Shown in pieces: positions 46,597 to 57,488 of a DNA stretch of 64,000 bases. This DNA comes from a virus. Position numbers and translations under genes: made by a program. The DNA is taken from IMG/VR virus record IMGVR_UViG_3300032323_001417, positions 1 to 64,000 of that record, one strand, 5' to 3'. Within the stretch, counting starts at the first letter, position 1, and each line of letters begins with the position of its first letter. The notes beneath the pieces are model-generated. The model was not told the origin of the DNA and ran no database searches. It was given only the letters and a program-made list of their open reading frames with translations.

Positions 46597-47070
46597 ATGC
46601 TTTTTAACTCAGCCTTTGATGATATTTTTTATCCAATGACTGCAGATATCTATCATGCAGTAGAAACTCAATCAGAGTATGGAAATATGACAAGAACTTG
46701 GCAGTTTGATAGAACTGTTAATTGCTCAGCAATAACTGCAACTTCTGGAGAACTAAATGCTGAACTAAAGGTAAAAGATAAGTTCTTTGACTACAACTCT
46801 TCTTTGTTTTTTAGAACAAATGAGGACATTAGAAAAAGCTCTTCTGGAAAGTATTATCCAATAACTGCAACTGCAGTAACAAATATGAGAGATCCAAATG
46901 GGGATCCAGTTTGGATTAATACTGAAAATCTTAAAACAAAAGCTGAGACAGTAAAAACAAAGTATGAAATTAAAACAATTATTCCAAGCTTTGACATGTT
47001 TCACAACATTGGAATGTATAGAGTATTCTTAACCCGTTCAGCAAATCAAAAGTGGGATATACCAGAATGA
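46597..47070 (+). CDS. Head-tail stopper-like protein
   Basis: Synteny and size. Confidence 0.55.
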   Translation: MLFNSAFDDIFYPMTADIYHAVETQSEYGNMTRTWQFDRTVNCSAITATSGELNAELKVKDKFFDYNSSLFFRTNEDIRKSSSGKYYPITATAVTNMRDPNGDPVWINTENLKTKAETVKTKYEIKTIIPSFDMFHNIGMYRVFLTRSANQKWDIPE

Positions 47071-47756
47071 TAACAGCTAGAATTAAGGGTGATAATGTTA
47101 TAAGAATGCTTAGAAATTCTGTAGAGTACTCAAGTTCTTTTATGACAGAGTTAAAAGGAAATCAAGATATTCTAAATGCAAAAGTTGGTGAAGAATCAGT
47201 TGATGCTTTTTACGATTACCTTGATGGTCTTGCAAGGCTTCATCCAGGAATGCTACACCATGTGTATGAATGGGGGCAAGTTGGAGATCCAATGGGAAGA
47301 CTTTTTGATTTAACAATGTCTCCTAATAAAACGTCTGCAGTAATTACTGCTGAATTCTTAGAATCTGACGTACCATCTCCAACATCTTCAGAACCTTTTT
47401 ATGACAAGGCACAAATTATGGAAGATGGAAGAACTGTAACAATTAATCAAGTTGAGGCAAAAGCACTATTCTTTGAAATAGATGGTGAAGAATTTTTTAG
47501 AAGCGGTCCAATTGTAATTGCAAATCCTGGAGGAGAGGCAACCAGAGGATCTTTCTTACAAGCCTTTGATGAATTCTATGGATCTTACTTTACAGAAGTA
47601 CATTTAAAGGCAATAAGATTTTATAAATATTTTTCAAATCCAAAAGTATTTGAAGCTTACTTTGGTTCTGCTGCTAGGGGTGGGGCTAAATCAAAAGGTA
47701 AAAAAGCTGCACTATCATGGATTATGAACGCACCAGGAGGAAAAAATGGTTTATAG
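47067..47756 (+). CDS. Neck/tail completion protein
   Basis: LHHVYEWG motif; synteny; ATGA overlap. Confidence 0.5.
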   Translation: MITARIKGDNVIRMLRNSVEYSSSFMTELKGNQDILNAKVGEESVDAFYDYLDGLARLHPGMLHHVYEWGQVGDPMGRLFDLTMSPNKTSAVITAEFLESDVPSPTSSEPFYDKAQIMEDGRTVTINQVEAKALFFEIDGEEFFRSGPIVIANPGGEATRGSFLQAFDEFYGSYFTEVHLKAIRFYKYFSNPKVFEAYFGSAARGGAKSKGKKAALSWIMNAPGGKNGL

Positions 47757-48324
47757 ACCAGAAAACATTATTAATCTTTATGTTTGGGAACAGTTTAAAA
47801 CTCACGCCCCTGCATTCTATAACTTGTATGGTCCAACTTCTGGAGGGGCAGACATTATCCCCTTTTTCCCTGCACCAGCAAACAACCTGCCAACTGCTGT
47901 AATTGACAATGACCTACCTTACGTTATGTTTGATAAGTTTAGTAGAATCCGTGGGGGCTATAAATATTTCTACCCTATCAAGACTGACCAAATGAGATAT
48001 ACAATCGTTGGTGGCTCTCTGTACGACATTAACAGGAACCAGCAGGACAGGTATGCAACAACTATAAACCTTACAAGTCTTATTCAAAATATCCTGGATA
48101 GAGAAGATGATGCAGCTCAGGATATTAATGAATTTACCAAGACTTTGCCAGATTATAACAATCCTAATTATCCAGAATTAAACAAATATTACTTCCATTG
48201 TGTTAATGTTTACCAGTCAGGGTTTACAGATACACAACAAGATGTCTCTGATTTTATGGAATATAATCCAACTAGAGACCTTATTATCAAATATGACTAT
48301 CATTCCAAACAGTTTAATGAATGA
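47746..48324 (+). CDS. Tail terminator-like protein
   Basis: Synteny directly before major tail gene. Confidence 0.5.
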   Translation: MVYRPENIINLYVWEQFKTHAPAFYNLYGPTSGGADIIPFFPAPANNLPTAVIDNDLPYVMFDKFSRIRGGYKYFYPIKTDQMRYTIVGGSLYDINRNQQDRYATTINLTSLIQNILDREDDAAQDINEFTKTLPDYNNPNYPELNKYYFHCVNVYQSGFTDTQQDVSDFMEYNPTRDLIIKYDYHSKQFNE

Positions 48325-48402
48325 TAAAAACTAGATGTATACTTAACTTAGGAAACGCCAATCTCCCCATAAATTTTAAGACTAAAAAAGAGGTGAAAAA
48401 AT

Positions 48403-49110
48403 ATGGCAACTCGTGGAAATTCCAATCAAATTATCGTTGGTGCAGCCCAACTCTTCGTTTCGCAGCCAAGTCAGGGTTCACTAGAATACAATTCTACTGC
48501 AGATGTTTATGCATTTAACAGTGGTAGTGTTTCTGGATACCCTTCAATCAGTGCCTCTGGAGCTTATGCAGATAAGCTTGAAGCAGATAGCGCAAGATGG
48601 AGAAATGTAGGCTACACAATGAACGGTTTAGAAGTACAGTTCCAACCAGACTTCGGTGAAGTCCAGGTAGATCAGCTTCTTGACGTTGCAAAGCTTTACA
48701 AGCAAGGTATGCAGGTAAGCATGGTAACAGCATTTGCTGAAGGTACACTTGAAAATCTTCTTCTTTCTATTGCAGGAGCAGAAGGTGACTACGATGATAG
48801 CAATGCAACTTTCAACAGTGCAGGTAGACAACTTACTGGAGAAACAGAGCTTAACTTGTCAGCTGGCGAATTAGGTGCAGTTCCTGTGGAACGTGCTCTT
48901 ATCGCCGTTGGTCCAGGTTCTGGTGATCCAGCAGCAACTGGTAATGCAAAGGTAGAGCGTGTTTATGTAGGCAATCGTGTTCTCTCAATTGAGAACGTAA
49001 CTGTTTCTGCAAAGCGTGATACACCTTCTATGTATGAAGTTACATTCCGTTTGCTTCCAGCATCCAATGGTTCCTATGGCAAGATCGTTGATCGTGTCGT
49101 TGGCAACTAA
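48403..49110 (+). CDS. Major tail (tube) protein
   Basis: IIVGAAQLF, VGYT.NG, VDQLLD, AEGTLENL; followed by terminator. Confidence 0.8.
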   Translation: MATRGNSNQIIVGAAQLFVSQPSQGSLEYNSTADVYAFNSGSVSGYPSISASGAYADKLEADSARWRNVGYTMNGLEVQFQPDFGEVQVDQLLDVAKLYKQGMQVSMVTAFAEGTLENLLLSIAGAEGDYDDSNATFNSAGRQLTGETELNLSAGELGAVPVERALIAVGPGSGDPAATGNAKVERVYVGNRVLSIENVTVSAKRDTPSMYEVTFRLLPASNGSYGKIVDRVVGN

Positions 49111-49129
49111 AAATTAAATATAGAAACTT

Positions 49130-49161
49130 TGCCCACCCCCTAAAAAGGGTGGGCATTGTTT
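49130..49161 (+). terminator. Rho-independent terminator
   Basis: TGCCCACCC/GGGTGGGCA stem plus TTGTTT. Confidence 0.75.
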
Positions 49162-49211
49162 GCTTAATAAGCCCTTTATGATATAATTGAATATAATCTA
49201 TAGGAGGATTA

Positions 49212-49547
49212 ATGGCAACCAGTATTTACGAAGTTGTAGAAGTAGAACTATTAGATGGTTCACAAATTTCTATGAAACCGCTTAAGATTTCTTTATTGAG
49301 AGATTTTATGAAAGAGTTTCAGAAGATATCAGATCCAAAGATTTCAGAAGACAATATTAAGTCAATGGATCTTTTGCTAAACTGTGCTGTTATTGCAATG
49401 AAGCAATACAATGCAGAGTTGGCAACTAAGGAGCAGCTAGAAGACATCATGGATCTTCCAACTGTGTACAAGGTAATTGAAGTAGCTGCAGGGATTCAGT
49501 TAAATGACCCAAACGCACTGGCAGCGGCTCTAGTTGGGACGAACTAG
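49212..49547 (+). CDS. Tail assembly chaperone (G)
   Basis: Between major tail and tape measure genes; AGGAGG RBS. Confidence 0.8.
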   Translation: MATSIYEVVEVELLDGSQISMKPLKISLLRDFMKEFQKISDPKISEDNIKSMDLLLNCAVIAMKQYNAELATKEQLEDIMDLPTVYKVIEVAAGIQLNDPNALAAALVGTN

Positions 49548-49882
49548 ATCTAGCTGAGATAGAGTCTAGAGTATTTCTTCTGGGATTCTGGAAGAATTAT
49601 TCTGAAATGGAAGAAAGCATATCTATGCCTGAACTAGTAGCAATACTAGAAGCTAAAAATAAAGAAGATTACGAAAGTAAGAAATTTATGGCAGCACTTC
49701 AGGGAGTGAATCTTGATTCCGATTCGTCTGAAAACAAATGGGAAGAAATGAAGGCTAGAGTGTATAGCGGTGGCGCAACCTCTAACCCAAATGATATCCT
49801 GGCTCTACAAGGAAGTGCCGCACAACGTGCTGGTTTTGGAATTGGAAATGGGCTAGATTATGAGGTGATCTATAGTGGCTGA
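49508..49882 (+). CDS. Tail assembly chaperone extension (T) via -1 frameshift at CCCAAAC
   Basis: In-frame C CCA AAC at 49508-49514; -1 frame open from there to 49882. Confidence 0.75.
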   Translation, partial: PKRTGSGSSWDELDLAEIESRVFLLGFWKNYSEMEESISMPELVAILEAKNKEDYESKKFMAALQGVNLDSDSSENKWEEMKARVYSGGATSNPNDILALQGSAAQRAGFGIGNGLDYEVIYSG

Positions 49883-52800
49883 AGTAGCCAAGGGTATTAT
49901 TGATATTGAGATCAATACGGGCTCTGCTGCCTCTACACTGCAAGCATTACAATCACAAATTAATGCTTTTAATCTAGCCCTAAACAAAGCTAATGCTACA
50001 CAGGGAAAATTTTCTGCAGAGTATACAAAAAAACTTCAAGATGCAATAAATAAAACTGGTCTTTTTACAGCAGAAACAATAAGACTTCAGACTGCTGCTG
50101 CAACTTTAGATAAAACTTTGTCCAAAGGAAAAACTTCTTTAGGGCAATATTTTAGTGCAAGATTTAATAAAGATGGTGCGATTGCAGCAGAGACAATGGC
50201 TCTTGCATCAGAACGTGCAAGAAGACTTCAAACACAATTTATAGCCACCTCTAGTGCTGCAAATGGATTTCAAGATGCACTAGCAGTTAGACCACTTGCA
50301 GCATTTTCTTCACAAGTGGCGGTTGCAGGACAAAAAGCAGAAATTATGTCTGCAATGTTCAAGCAAGGAACTACTCAATTAATTAACTTTGGTAAGAATG
50401 TCCAATGGGCAGGTCGCCAGCTTATGGTTGGCTTTACAGTTCCACTTACAATTTTTGGTGCAGTAGCTGGAAAAACTTTTATGGAATTGGAAAAGCAAGC
50501 GGTTGCATTTAAAAAAGTATATGGAGATATTTTTACAACTCCAGCAGAATTAAATCAAAATTTAGAGGCAGTAAAAGGTCTTGCTTCTGAATATACTAAA
50601 TATGGTATTGCAGTAAAAGACACAATTGGTCTTGCTGCTCAAGCTGCTGCTGCTGGTAGAAAAAATGCAGATTTAACTGATGCAGTTTCTCAAGCAACAA
50701 GACTTGCAACACTTGGTCAAATGGATCAAAATGCAGCACTTGAAACAACAATATCTTTGCAATCTGCATTTAGATTATCAGGACAAGATCTTGCAGATAC
50801 TATTAACTTTTTAAATATGGTTGAAAACCAAACAGTTGTTTCCTTGCAAGATATTGCTGCTGCTATTCCTCGTGTAGCACCAGTTATCCAAGGTCTTGGT
50901 GGAGACGTAAAGGATCTTACAGTTTTCCTTGCAGCAATGCAAGAAGGTGGAGTTGATGCAGCAGAAGGTGCTAACGCATTAAAGTCTGGTCTTGCATCTT
51001 TGATTAATCCAACAAGACAAGCAACTGAAATGTTGAGTGGAATGGGGATAAATCTTCAGTCAATTATTGAAGCAAATAAGGGAGACCTTATGGCTACTGT
51101 TAGGTCTTTTGCAGAAGCTTTACAGGGTCTTGATCAATTTTCAAGACAACAAGCTCTTGAACAAGTATTTGGAAAATTCCAGTATGCAAAACTTGGAGCA
51201 TTGTTTGACAATATTTCTAGAAAAGGATCTCAGGCTCAACAGGTTATTGCAACAATGGGGTATACTACAGAACAACTTGGTGCAACCGCAGATAAAGAAT
51301 TAAAAACAATTGAAGAATCTTTTGGTGTTCAATTAACAGGTGCAATAGAAAGATTTAAACTAGCAATTGCCCCTATTGGAGAAATTTTTGTTAAAATAGC
51401 TATTCCACTTGTTAATTTTGCCACATCAATTGCAGAAGCTTTTAATGGATTGTCAGATGGTCAAAAGAAGTTTGCTGCTATTGGTGCAGTTATAATTGGT
51501 GTCGTTGTTCCAGCAGTCACAATGCTTACTGGTTTATTCTTAAACCTTGTTGGAACCCTTGCAAAAATGACACAAGGTATAACTTTATTTGGAATGGGAT
51601 TTATAAAGGGTGGTCCTCTAGGTGCAGTTAAAGCACTTACACAAAGTTCAAAATATTTAAGTCTTGCAGAGATGGATGCAGCGATGGCTGCTCAACAACT
51701 TGCTGGTGCTAACCAAGCATTAAATGCAACTTTGGTTGAGCAGGTTGGAAGCTCTAATGCTGCTGCTGCTGCAATTGGAAATTTAACAAAAGCATATTCT
51801 GCAATGATTGCTACTCAAGGTGCTGCAGCAGCAAGATTCCCAGAACACTTTGGTATAGCTGGAGCAGCTGGAACAAGAGCAAAAGTTAGCCAGGTAGCAA
51901 TGAGAGGAGTTCAAAGAAGAAATTCTGGTGGACCAATCTTTATGTCAAATGGCACAACTGTCCCAGGAACTGGAAATACTGATACAGTTCCAGCCATGCT
52001 TACTCCAGGGGAATTTGTAGTAAATAAAGAAGCTACTAAAAATAATCTTGGACTACTTCATAGTATTAATAATAGTAAAAATCCTCAAGGATTAAATGCT
52101 GGTGGAAAAGCAAGAGGTATGCAATACCTTATGGCTGGTCAACTTGTAAGAGGAATGTTTGATAATATACCAGGAGGATTTGCAAGTTTAGGGTCAAAAA
52201 TTTCTAGAAGACTTTCTCCACATGCAAATTTTAAAATAAGATCTTCAAAATCGGGAAGAGTTTCACAAGTAAAAACTTTAGCAGATTCTGTAAATAAAAT
52301 AGCACCAATGTCAAAAGCTCCAGAATTAGCTAGAGCTTTTAAAGGATCTAGATTTTTTGAAGAGCTTGGAATAGTAACTACTATTTTTCCAAGACAATTA
52401 AACAAAAATGCAAGCAGTGGTGGCGGTGGAGCAAAAGTAGAAGATATTGAAGCTTTTATTCGTATTGCAGGTCGTGACTTTCTTGAACCTTTTAGAAAAG
52501 CTTATGTAGATAGTGGTGGTCCAAGGGGTCTTGGTACTTCTGCAATTATAAAAAGAATGAAGTCACAGTTAGCAAAAGAACCAAGAGGAACACTATATAG
52601 CGATGATGATTTAAAAAATTTACTTAATAATTCTATAAAAGATAAAAAAGTATTAGAACATATTGAAAAAATGAGAACAGACCCATCTAATACTGGTCAA
52701 GCAAGAATTTTAGGAATTAAACAAAATGCAGAAGAAAAGGCTAGTAGATTTGGAATTAAGGTTCCACGAACAGAAAATGGAACTTCTTCTACAGATGCTC

Positions 52801-55800
52801 AAAATGCTTTGATTAAAGCCATGGAAGATGATTTATATAAGAGTCTAAAAGAAAAAGTTACAGTAGTTGATACGCTAGAAAGGTATCGTACAAAAGCTGT
52901 TTTTGAAGCTAGGAATTCTAAAGGAGAAACTCTTTTAAGATTCACACCTGGAGATACTTTTTCTACGGGAGCTGGTGCAAGAAGTTATAACAATCCAAAA
53001 TACAGAGGTAATGAACAAAGAAAATCTATATTAAAAAGATTAGAAGCAGCTTTTAATAATAATAGCATTTCTAAAGAACAGTATGATATGTTTAAAACAT
53101 TTGACATGGCTCACTTTAACAAGGGTGGACAAGTTCCAGGTATGCAATATTTTGCTGCTAACAATAAACAAAGAGTAGTTCAAGAAGCATACAAGGCAGC
53201 TTCAGGTATTAGAAGAAGAGTAAGACCTGGAAGAGATCAAAGATTTAGCCAACAGGCTGTATTAAAAGATTATGTTCATGATGCAAATTTTGTAAGACAT
53301 AGCAGAGACCCTGAAGATATGAATACTCTTTTGAGTATGATGAAGCCTCTTACTCAACAAACTAGGGCAACTAGAGGAACTGTTTTAGGATCAACAAATA
53401 ATCCAGAACTACCATATGCACAACAAAAAAGAATTGTTGCTGCAATTAAAGAAGGAAGATATGAAGACCTGTTTGGAATGAGATTAAACTTTAGAGGTCC
53501 AGGATCATATACCACTAGAAGAGAAACAGATTTTTCACCATTTATTGGAGATCTTAGCAATCCAACTTTAAGAGCGTTTTCAGATGGCTTTATGACATTA
53601 AAAGATCAAAAAGAAGAAATTGCTAAACTAAGAAAAATAATGAGATCAGGAAAGTTTAAAAAACTTACTCCTGGAACTGCAGAATATGCAAGAGCACTTG
53701 GAATGACTGGTTTATGGAGTCCTGCTCGTTCTTGGAGACCTGGACCCAATCCTACTATTGGTAGTGACTGGACTGTTGAACAAGTTCTTGCAAATAAATT
53801 AAGAGACTATAATAATCGTAAAAAAGGTTTAAATAAAGCTTTTCCAGATAAAAAAATTCAACAATTATTAATTGATGAAATGGTTGGATCTGGAGCACTA
53901 GCTATTGATGTACCAAAAGCTTTTTACAAGCATCCTAGATTACCTTATAGAGGAGATCATATAGAGAACCTTGTTAAAAAGGAAAATGAAATACTTCTTG
54001 GAGATAGAACATCTCAAATAACTGGGGTAGCAAGTGATTTAAGAACTAGGCTACCATCTTTAATTACTCAATCTTTTAATAGAGGAAATATTGTTCCTGG
54101 AGTAGGAAACACAGATACCGTTCCAGCCATGCTTACCCCTGGAGAATTTGTTGTAAATAAAGAAGCAACAAAAAAGAACTATGACTTGTTAACTGCTATT
54201 AATAATTCTCAAAGATTAAATAAGGGTGGAATGGCTTACAAAGGTTCCAACGAGGCTCCTCCAAGACTGTTGATGAACTCTGGAGGTTTTATTCAATATT
54301 TAAATAAGGGAGAAGAAGTTCAAGGGAGGGACAGGTTTAAAAAACCTTCTGATAGAGGAGCAACGGGTGGCAATTCTATAAATATTGGCAATGGTGGTGG
54401 CGTTGGAAAGGCTAGAGTTGCAGGACAGGCTGGAAGTATTGTTGGCGGTTTTGCAGGATTTGCATTAGCAGAAAAACTTGGTATTGAAGGAATGGCTGGT
54501 CAATTTATCACATCTTTGGCTGCTGGAACTATTGCACAAAAAGCACTTACAGGGTCAATACTTGCAATAACAAAGTCTACAAAATCTGCTAATGCAAAAG
54601 AAGCACTATTTCCAATGCTATCAAAACTTGGTCCAAAAGTATTAGCTCTGTCAGGTCCAGTAATGCTAGCAACTGGAGCTTTTGCAGCAGTTGGATTTAC
54701 TTTATATAGCTTGAACAAAAGTTTGACAAATGCAGAAAAATCTGGTGCAGCACTTTCTGATGCAATGTATGGATCTGCAAAAACAACAAAAGCAATGGCT
54801 GATGCGTTTGGAAGAGAAACTAATGCAGCTGCAGCAAGAAGAAAAGCAGCAGAAAAAGCTGGAGGTCAAGAAATAAGTCAAGAAGCAGTAGCTACTTCTG
54901 GAGAATTTATGAAGAGCGATGCAGCAAAGAAAATTTTAGAAGATATAAAACTTGTTGAAAAGTCTGGAGAAAGTGCGGTTTTAGCATTAAGAAATCAGCT
55001 AGCTTCTTCAATTATTGCAGGAGCCATTACTCCAGAAGAAGCAAAGGCGATTGCTTTAGATATTGGAAAAGAACTTGGAAGCGCAACTCTTGGTATTCAA
55101 GTTTCAGGAGAACTTACTTCTTTAATAGGTCCAAATGGGGAAAAGATATCAAACAACCTTATAGAAATTACAGCAGAAATTACTCCAAAAATTGATTCTG
55201 AAAAAATTAAAAAGGGTGCACAAAGCGCATTTGATTCTTTAAATCCTGGAGAAAAATTTGTTCAATTTTTTAAAGGTGGACAAGAATCTTTTGTTAAAGA
55301 ATTTTCAATAGACCAGATAAGTTCAGCAAATGCTTCAGCACTTGCAAAAGAAGCTGAGGCAAGAGCTTTACTAAATCTTGCATATCAAGAAGGAACTATA
55401 ACACTTAAAGAGTATATTGATCAAGAAGGTAAAATAACTTCTGGTGCAAGCAAAAGATCTTCATTTGTTGATAATGCAAATGCCAAAGCTTTAGGGTTTA
55501 CATCTACTGAAGCAATGCAATCTAAGCTACAAGAGCAATTAGCTAATTTAAATGTTGATACTACTGGAATGACAATAGGTGAAGCAAGTAGGGAAGTGGC
55601 ACTTGGAGCATCTAGGGCAAGAGAAGACGATCAAGGAAAGGCAGCCTACGAAGCAATTATAACAAGGTCTAAAGACACTCTTAAGCAAACATTTGTTGAT
55701 TCTGGAATGGACGCAGACATTGCTAAAACAATGACAGATAGCATGGAACAGGGTGTTGCTCAAATTGATCCAGGTATTTTTGACAAGTTTTTATCAGGAC

Positions 55801-57488
55801 AGATTCCTTTAGAAGGATATGACGTTGTAATGAATCTAGAATCTTCTGGAGATTTAACTTTAGAAGACATAGATAGGCTTGGAAAAGAATTGACAGCTCT
55901 AACTACTATTCCAAAAATTGATAAAGTTATTAATTTTGAAACTGCCAATGAAGAAATGATAACAGAGCTTTATGATGATTACATGGCGTTAGAAAAAGAA
56001 CCTGACATTTTTAAGGGAATAAGTATTAAAGATAATTTAGCTGAAAATGCCATGGAACGATTTGGAATAAATTATCAGTGGATAATGAGTTTGCCAAATC
56101 AGGAAAAGTTTATTGTATTAACTACTATAGAAAGACATATAGAGCTTAAAAAAGCTGCAAATTCAGGGGACAGGAGTGACAGAGAAGCTCTTGCAGCATC
56201 AAATGCTGAACTTTCTAAATTAGTAGAAAATACTGTTGCGCCACCAACTGGTCCAACTGGTCCAACTAAAGGACCTGGTGGCAATAGTGAAAAGAGTAAG
56301 CTTGATGACCTTAAAAAGATGCTTATGGAAAGATTTAGACTTCAAGAAATGCTTATTGATAAAGAAGCAGAAGGATTTAATAAAAGAATTAAACAAATTT
56401 CTAGAGAAATTCAATTGCAACAAAGACAGGTAGCTTTAGAAGAAAAGCAAATTGAAGTAAGACAAAAAGCTTTAGAAGAACTTTCTAAAAAAGAAAATGA
56501 AGTAAATACTGTATATGACAATAGAATATCTGCACTAGATAGAGTATCTGCATCAAATTCAAGATTGGCAAGTCAAGAACAATCTAGAATAAGCCTTGCA
56601 TCCGCACTTGCTTCTGGTGATATTGCTGCTGCTGCTTCTGCAATGTCTGACATAACTCAGCAATCTGCAGAAAGTCAGATAGAAGACACCAAGACTGCAC
56701 TAGAAACTCAAAGAGAAACTGCATTAAAGAATTTAACAGTTGATGTAAATGGCACTTTAATGACAAGAAAAGATATTGAAGCAAGCATAGAAACAATTCA
56801 GATAAATATAGATAAAATTCAAACTAGCATCTATGATAAAAATATTTTAATACAAACAGAAGAAGACAAGCTATTAAAAATTGAAGAAAAGAGACTAAAG
56901 GTTGCTGAGGATCGTGAAAAAATAGAAACAAGGCTATATCTTTTAGAACAAAACAGGGCTATTAAAGAATTAACAAAAAAGTCCAAAGAAAAAGGTGGTC
57001 TAACTAACTCAGAAAAAACAGAACTTGCAGACTACAAGAAAGCTTACAACGCTATGGCAGAATCTTTTAATAAACAATATCCTACCTCCACACCCATACA
57101 GCTATTGAATAGTGGTGGTCAGGTTTCTGGATTTGGAATGACAGACAGAGTTCCAGCCATGCTTACCCCTGGTGAATTTGTTATTAATAAAAATGCTACA
57201 AAAACTTTCTTGCCTATGCTAGAGTCTATTAATTCTGGAGTATTCCCATCAATTGGTGGAATGAATCTAGGATCTCCAAGATATGATGTTCCTGTTAGCA
57301 ATGTTACCAATGTTCCAGTTTCTCAGTCAATTACCAATTCATCAAATGCTTCTACCATGTATAATAATAGTTACAGTATAAATGTAAATGTATCTGGAAG
57401 TAGCTCTTCTGCAGATGAAATTGCAAACGTTGTTATGGGTAAGATTGCAAGATCTAACTCAGGAAGTATTAGAGGGAGTAGGTATTAA
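49875..57488 (+). CDS. Tape measure protein with inserted cargo modules
   Basis: 2537 aa; helical TMP core; three DxVPAMLTPGEFV repeats. Confidence 0.9.
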   Translation: MAEVAKGIIDIEINTGSAASTLQALQSQINAFNLALNKANATQGKFSAEYTKKLQDAINKTGLFTAETIRLQTAAATLDKTLSKGKTSLGQYFSARFNKDGAIAAETMALASERARRLQTQFIATSSAANGFQDALAVRPLAAFSSQVAVAGQKAEIMSAMFKQGTTQLINFGKNVQWAGRQLMVGFTVPLTIFGAVAGKTFMELEKQAVAFKKVYGDIFTTPAELNQNLEAVKGLASEYTKYGIAVKDTIGLAAQAAAAGRKNADLTDAVSQATRLATLGQMDQNAALETTISLQSAFRLSGQDLADTINFLNMVENQTVVSLQDIAAAIPRVAPVIQGLGGDVKDLTVFLAAMQEGGVDAAEGANALKSGLASLINPTRQATEMLSGMGINLQSIIEANKGDLMATVRSFAEALQGLDQFSRQQALEQVFGKFQYAKLGALFDNISRKGSQAQQVIATMGYTTEQLGATADKELKTIEESFGVQLTGAIERFKLAIAPIGEIFVKIAIPLVNFATSIAEAFNGLSDGQKKFAAIGAVIIGVVVPAVTMLTGLFLNLVGTLAKMTQGITLFGMGFIKGGPLGAVKALTQSSKYLSLAEMDAAMAAQQLAGANQALNATLVEQVGSSNAAAAAIGNLTKAYSAMIATQGAAAARFPEHFGIAGAAGTRAKVSQVAMRGVQRRNSGGPIFMSNGTTVPGTGNTDTVPAMLTPGEFVVNKEATKNNLGLLHSINNSKNPQGLNAGGKARGMQYLMAGQLVRGMFDNIPGGFASLGSKISRRLSPHANFKIRSSKSGRVSQVKTLADSVNKIAPMSKAPELARAFKGSRFFEELGIVTTIFPRQLNKNASSGGGGAKVEDIEAFIRIAGRDFLEPFRKAYVDSGGPRGLGTSAIIKRMKSQLAKEPRGTLYSDDDLKNLLNNSIKDKKVLEHIEKMRTDPSNTGQARILGIKQNAEEKASRFGIKVPRTENGTSSTDAQNALIKAMEDDLYKSLKEKVTVVDTLERYRTKAVFEARNSKGETLLRFTPGDTFSTGAGARSYNNPKYRGNEQRKSILKRLEAAFNNNSISKEQYDMFKTFDMAHFNKGGQVPGMQYFAANNKQRVVQEAYKAASGIRRRVRPGRDQRFSQQAVLKDYVHDANFVRHSRDPEDMNTLLSMMKPLTQQTRATRGTVLGSTNNPELPYAQQKRIVAAIKEGRYEDLFGMRLNFRGPGSYTTRRETDFSPFIGDLSNPTLRAFSDGFMTLKDQKEEIAKLRKIMRSGKFKKLTPGTAEYARALGMTGLWSPARSWRPGPNPTIGSDWTVEQVLANKLRDYNNRKKGLNKAFPDKKIQQLLIDEMVGSGALAIDVPKAFYKHPRLPYRGDHIENLVKKENEILLGDRTSQITGVASDLRTRLPSLITQSFNRGNIVPGVGNTDTVPAMLTPGEFVVNKEATKKNYDLLTAINNSQRLNKGGMAYKGSNEAPPRLLMNSGGFIQYLNKGEEVQGRDRFKKPSDRGATGGNSINIGNGGGVGKARVAGQAGSIVGGFAGFALAEKLGIEGMAGQFITSLAAGTIAQKALTGSILAITKSTKSANAKEALFPMLSKLGPKVLALSGPVMLATGAFAAVGFTLYSLNKSLTNAEKSGAALSDAMYGSAKTTKAMADAFGRETNAAAARRKAAEKAGGQEISQEAVATSGEFMKSDAAKKILEDIKLVEKSGESAVLALRNQLASSIIAGAITPEEAKAIALDIGKELGSATLGIQVSGELTSLIGPNGEKISNNLIEITAEITPKIDSEKIKKGAQSAFDSLNPGEKFVQFFKGGQESFVKEFSIDQISSANASALAKEAEARALLNLAYQEGTITLKEYIDQEGKITSGASKRSSFVDNANAKALGFTSTEAMQSKLQEQLANLNVDTTGMTIGEASREVALGASRAREDDQGKAAYEAIITRSKDTLKQTFVDSGMDADIAKTMTDSMEQGVAQIDPGIFDKFLSGQIPLEGYDVVMNLESSGDLTLEDIDRLGKELTALTTIPKIDKVINFETANEEMITELYDDYMALEKEPDIFKGISIKDNLAENAMERFGINYQWIMSLPNQEKFIVLTTIERHIELKKAANSGDRSDREALAASNAELSKLVENTVAPPTGPTGPTKGPGGNSEKSKLDDLKKMLMERFRLQEMLIDKEAEGFNKRIKQISREIQLQQRQVALEEKQIEVRQKALEELSKKENEVNTVYDNRISALDRVSASNSRLASQEQSRISLASALASGDIAAAASAMSDITQQSAESQIEDTKTALETQRETALKNLTVDVNGTLMTRKDIEASIETIQINIDKIQTSIYDKNILIQTEEDKLLKIEEKRLKVAEDREKIETRLYLLEQNRAIKELTKKSKEKGGLTNSEKTELADYKKAYNAMAESFNKQYPTSTPIQLLNSGGQVSGFGMTDRVPAMLTPGEFVINKNATKTFLPMLESINSGVFPSIGGMNLGSPRYDVPVSNVTNVPVSQSITNSSNASTMYNNSYSINVNVSGSSSSADEIANVVMGKIARSNSGSIRGSRY

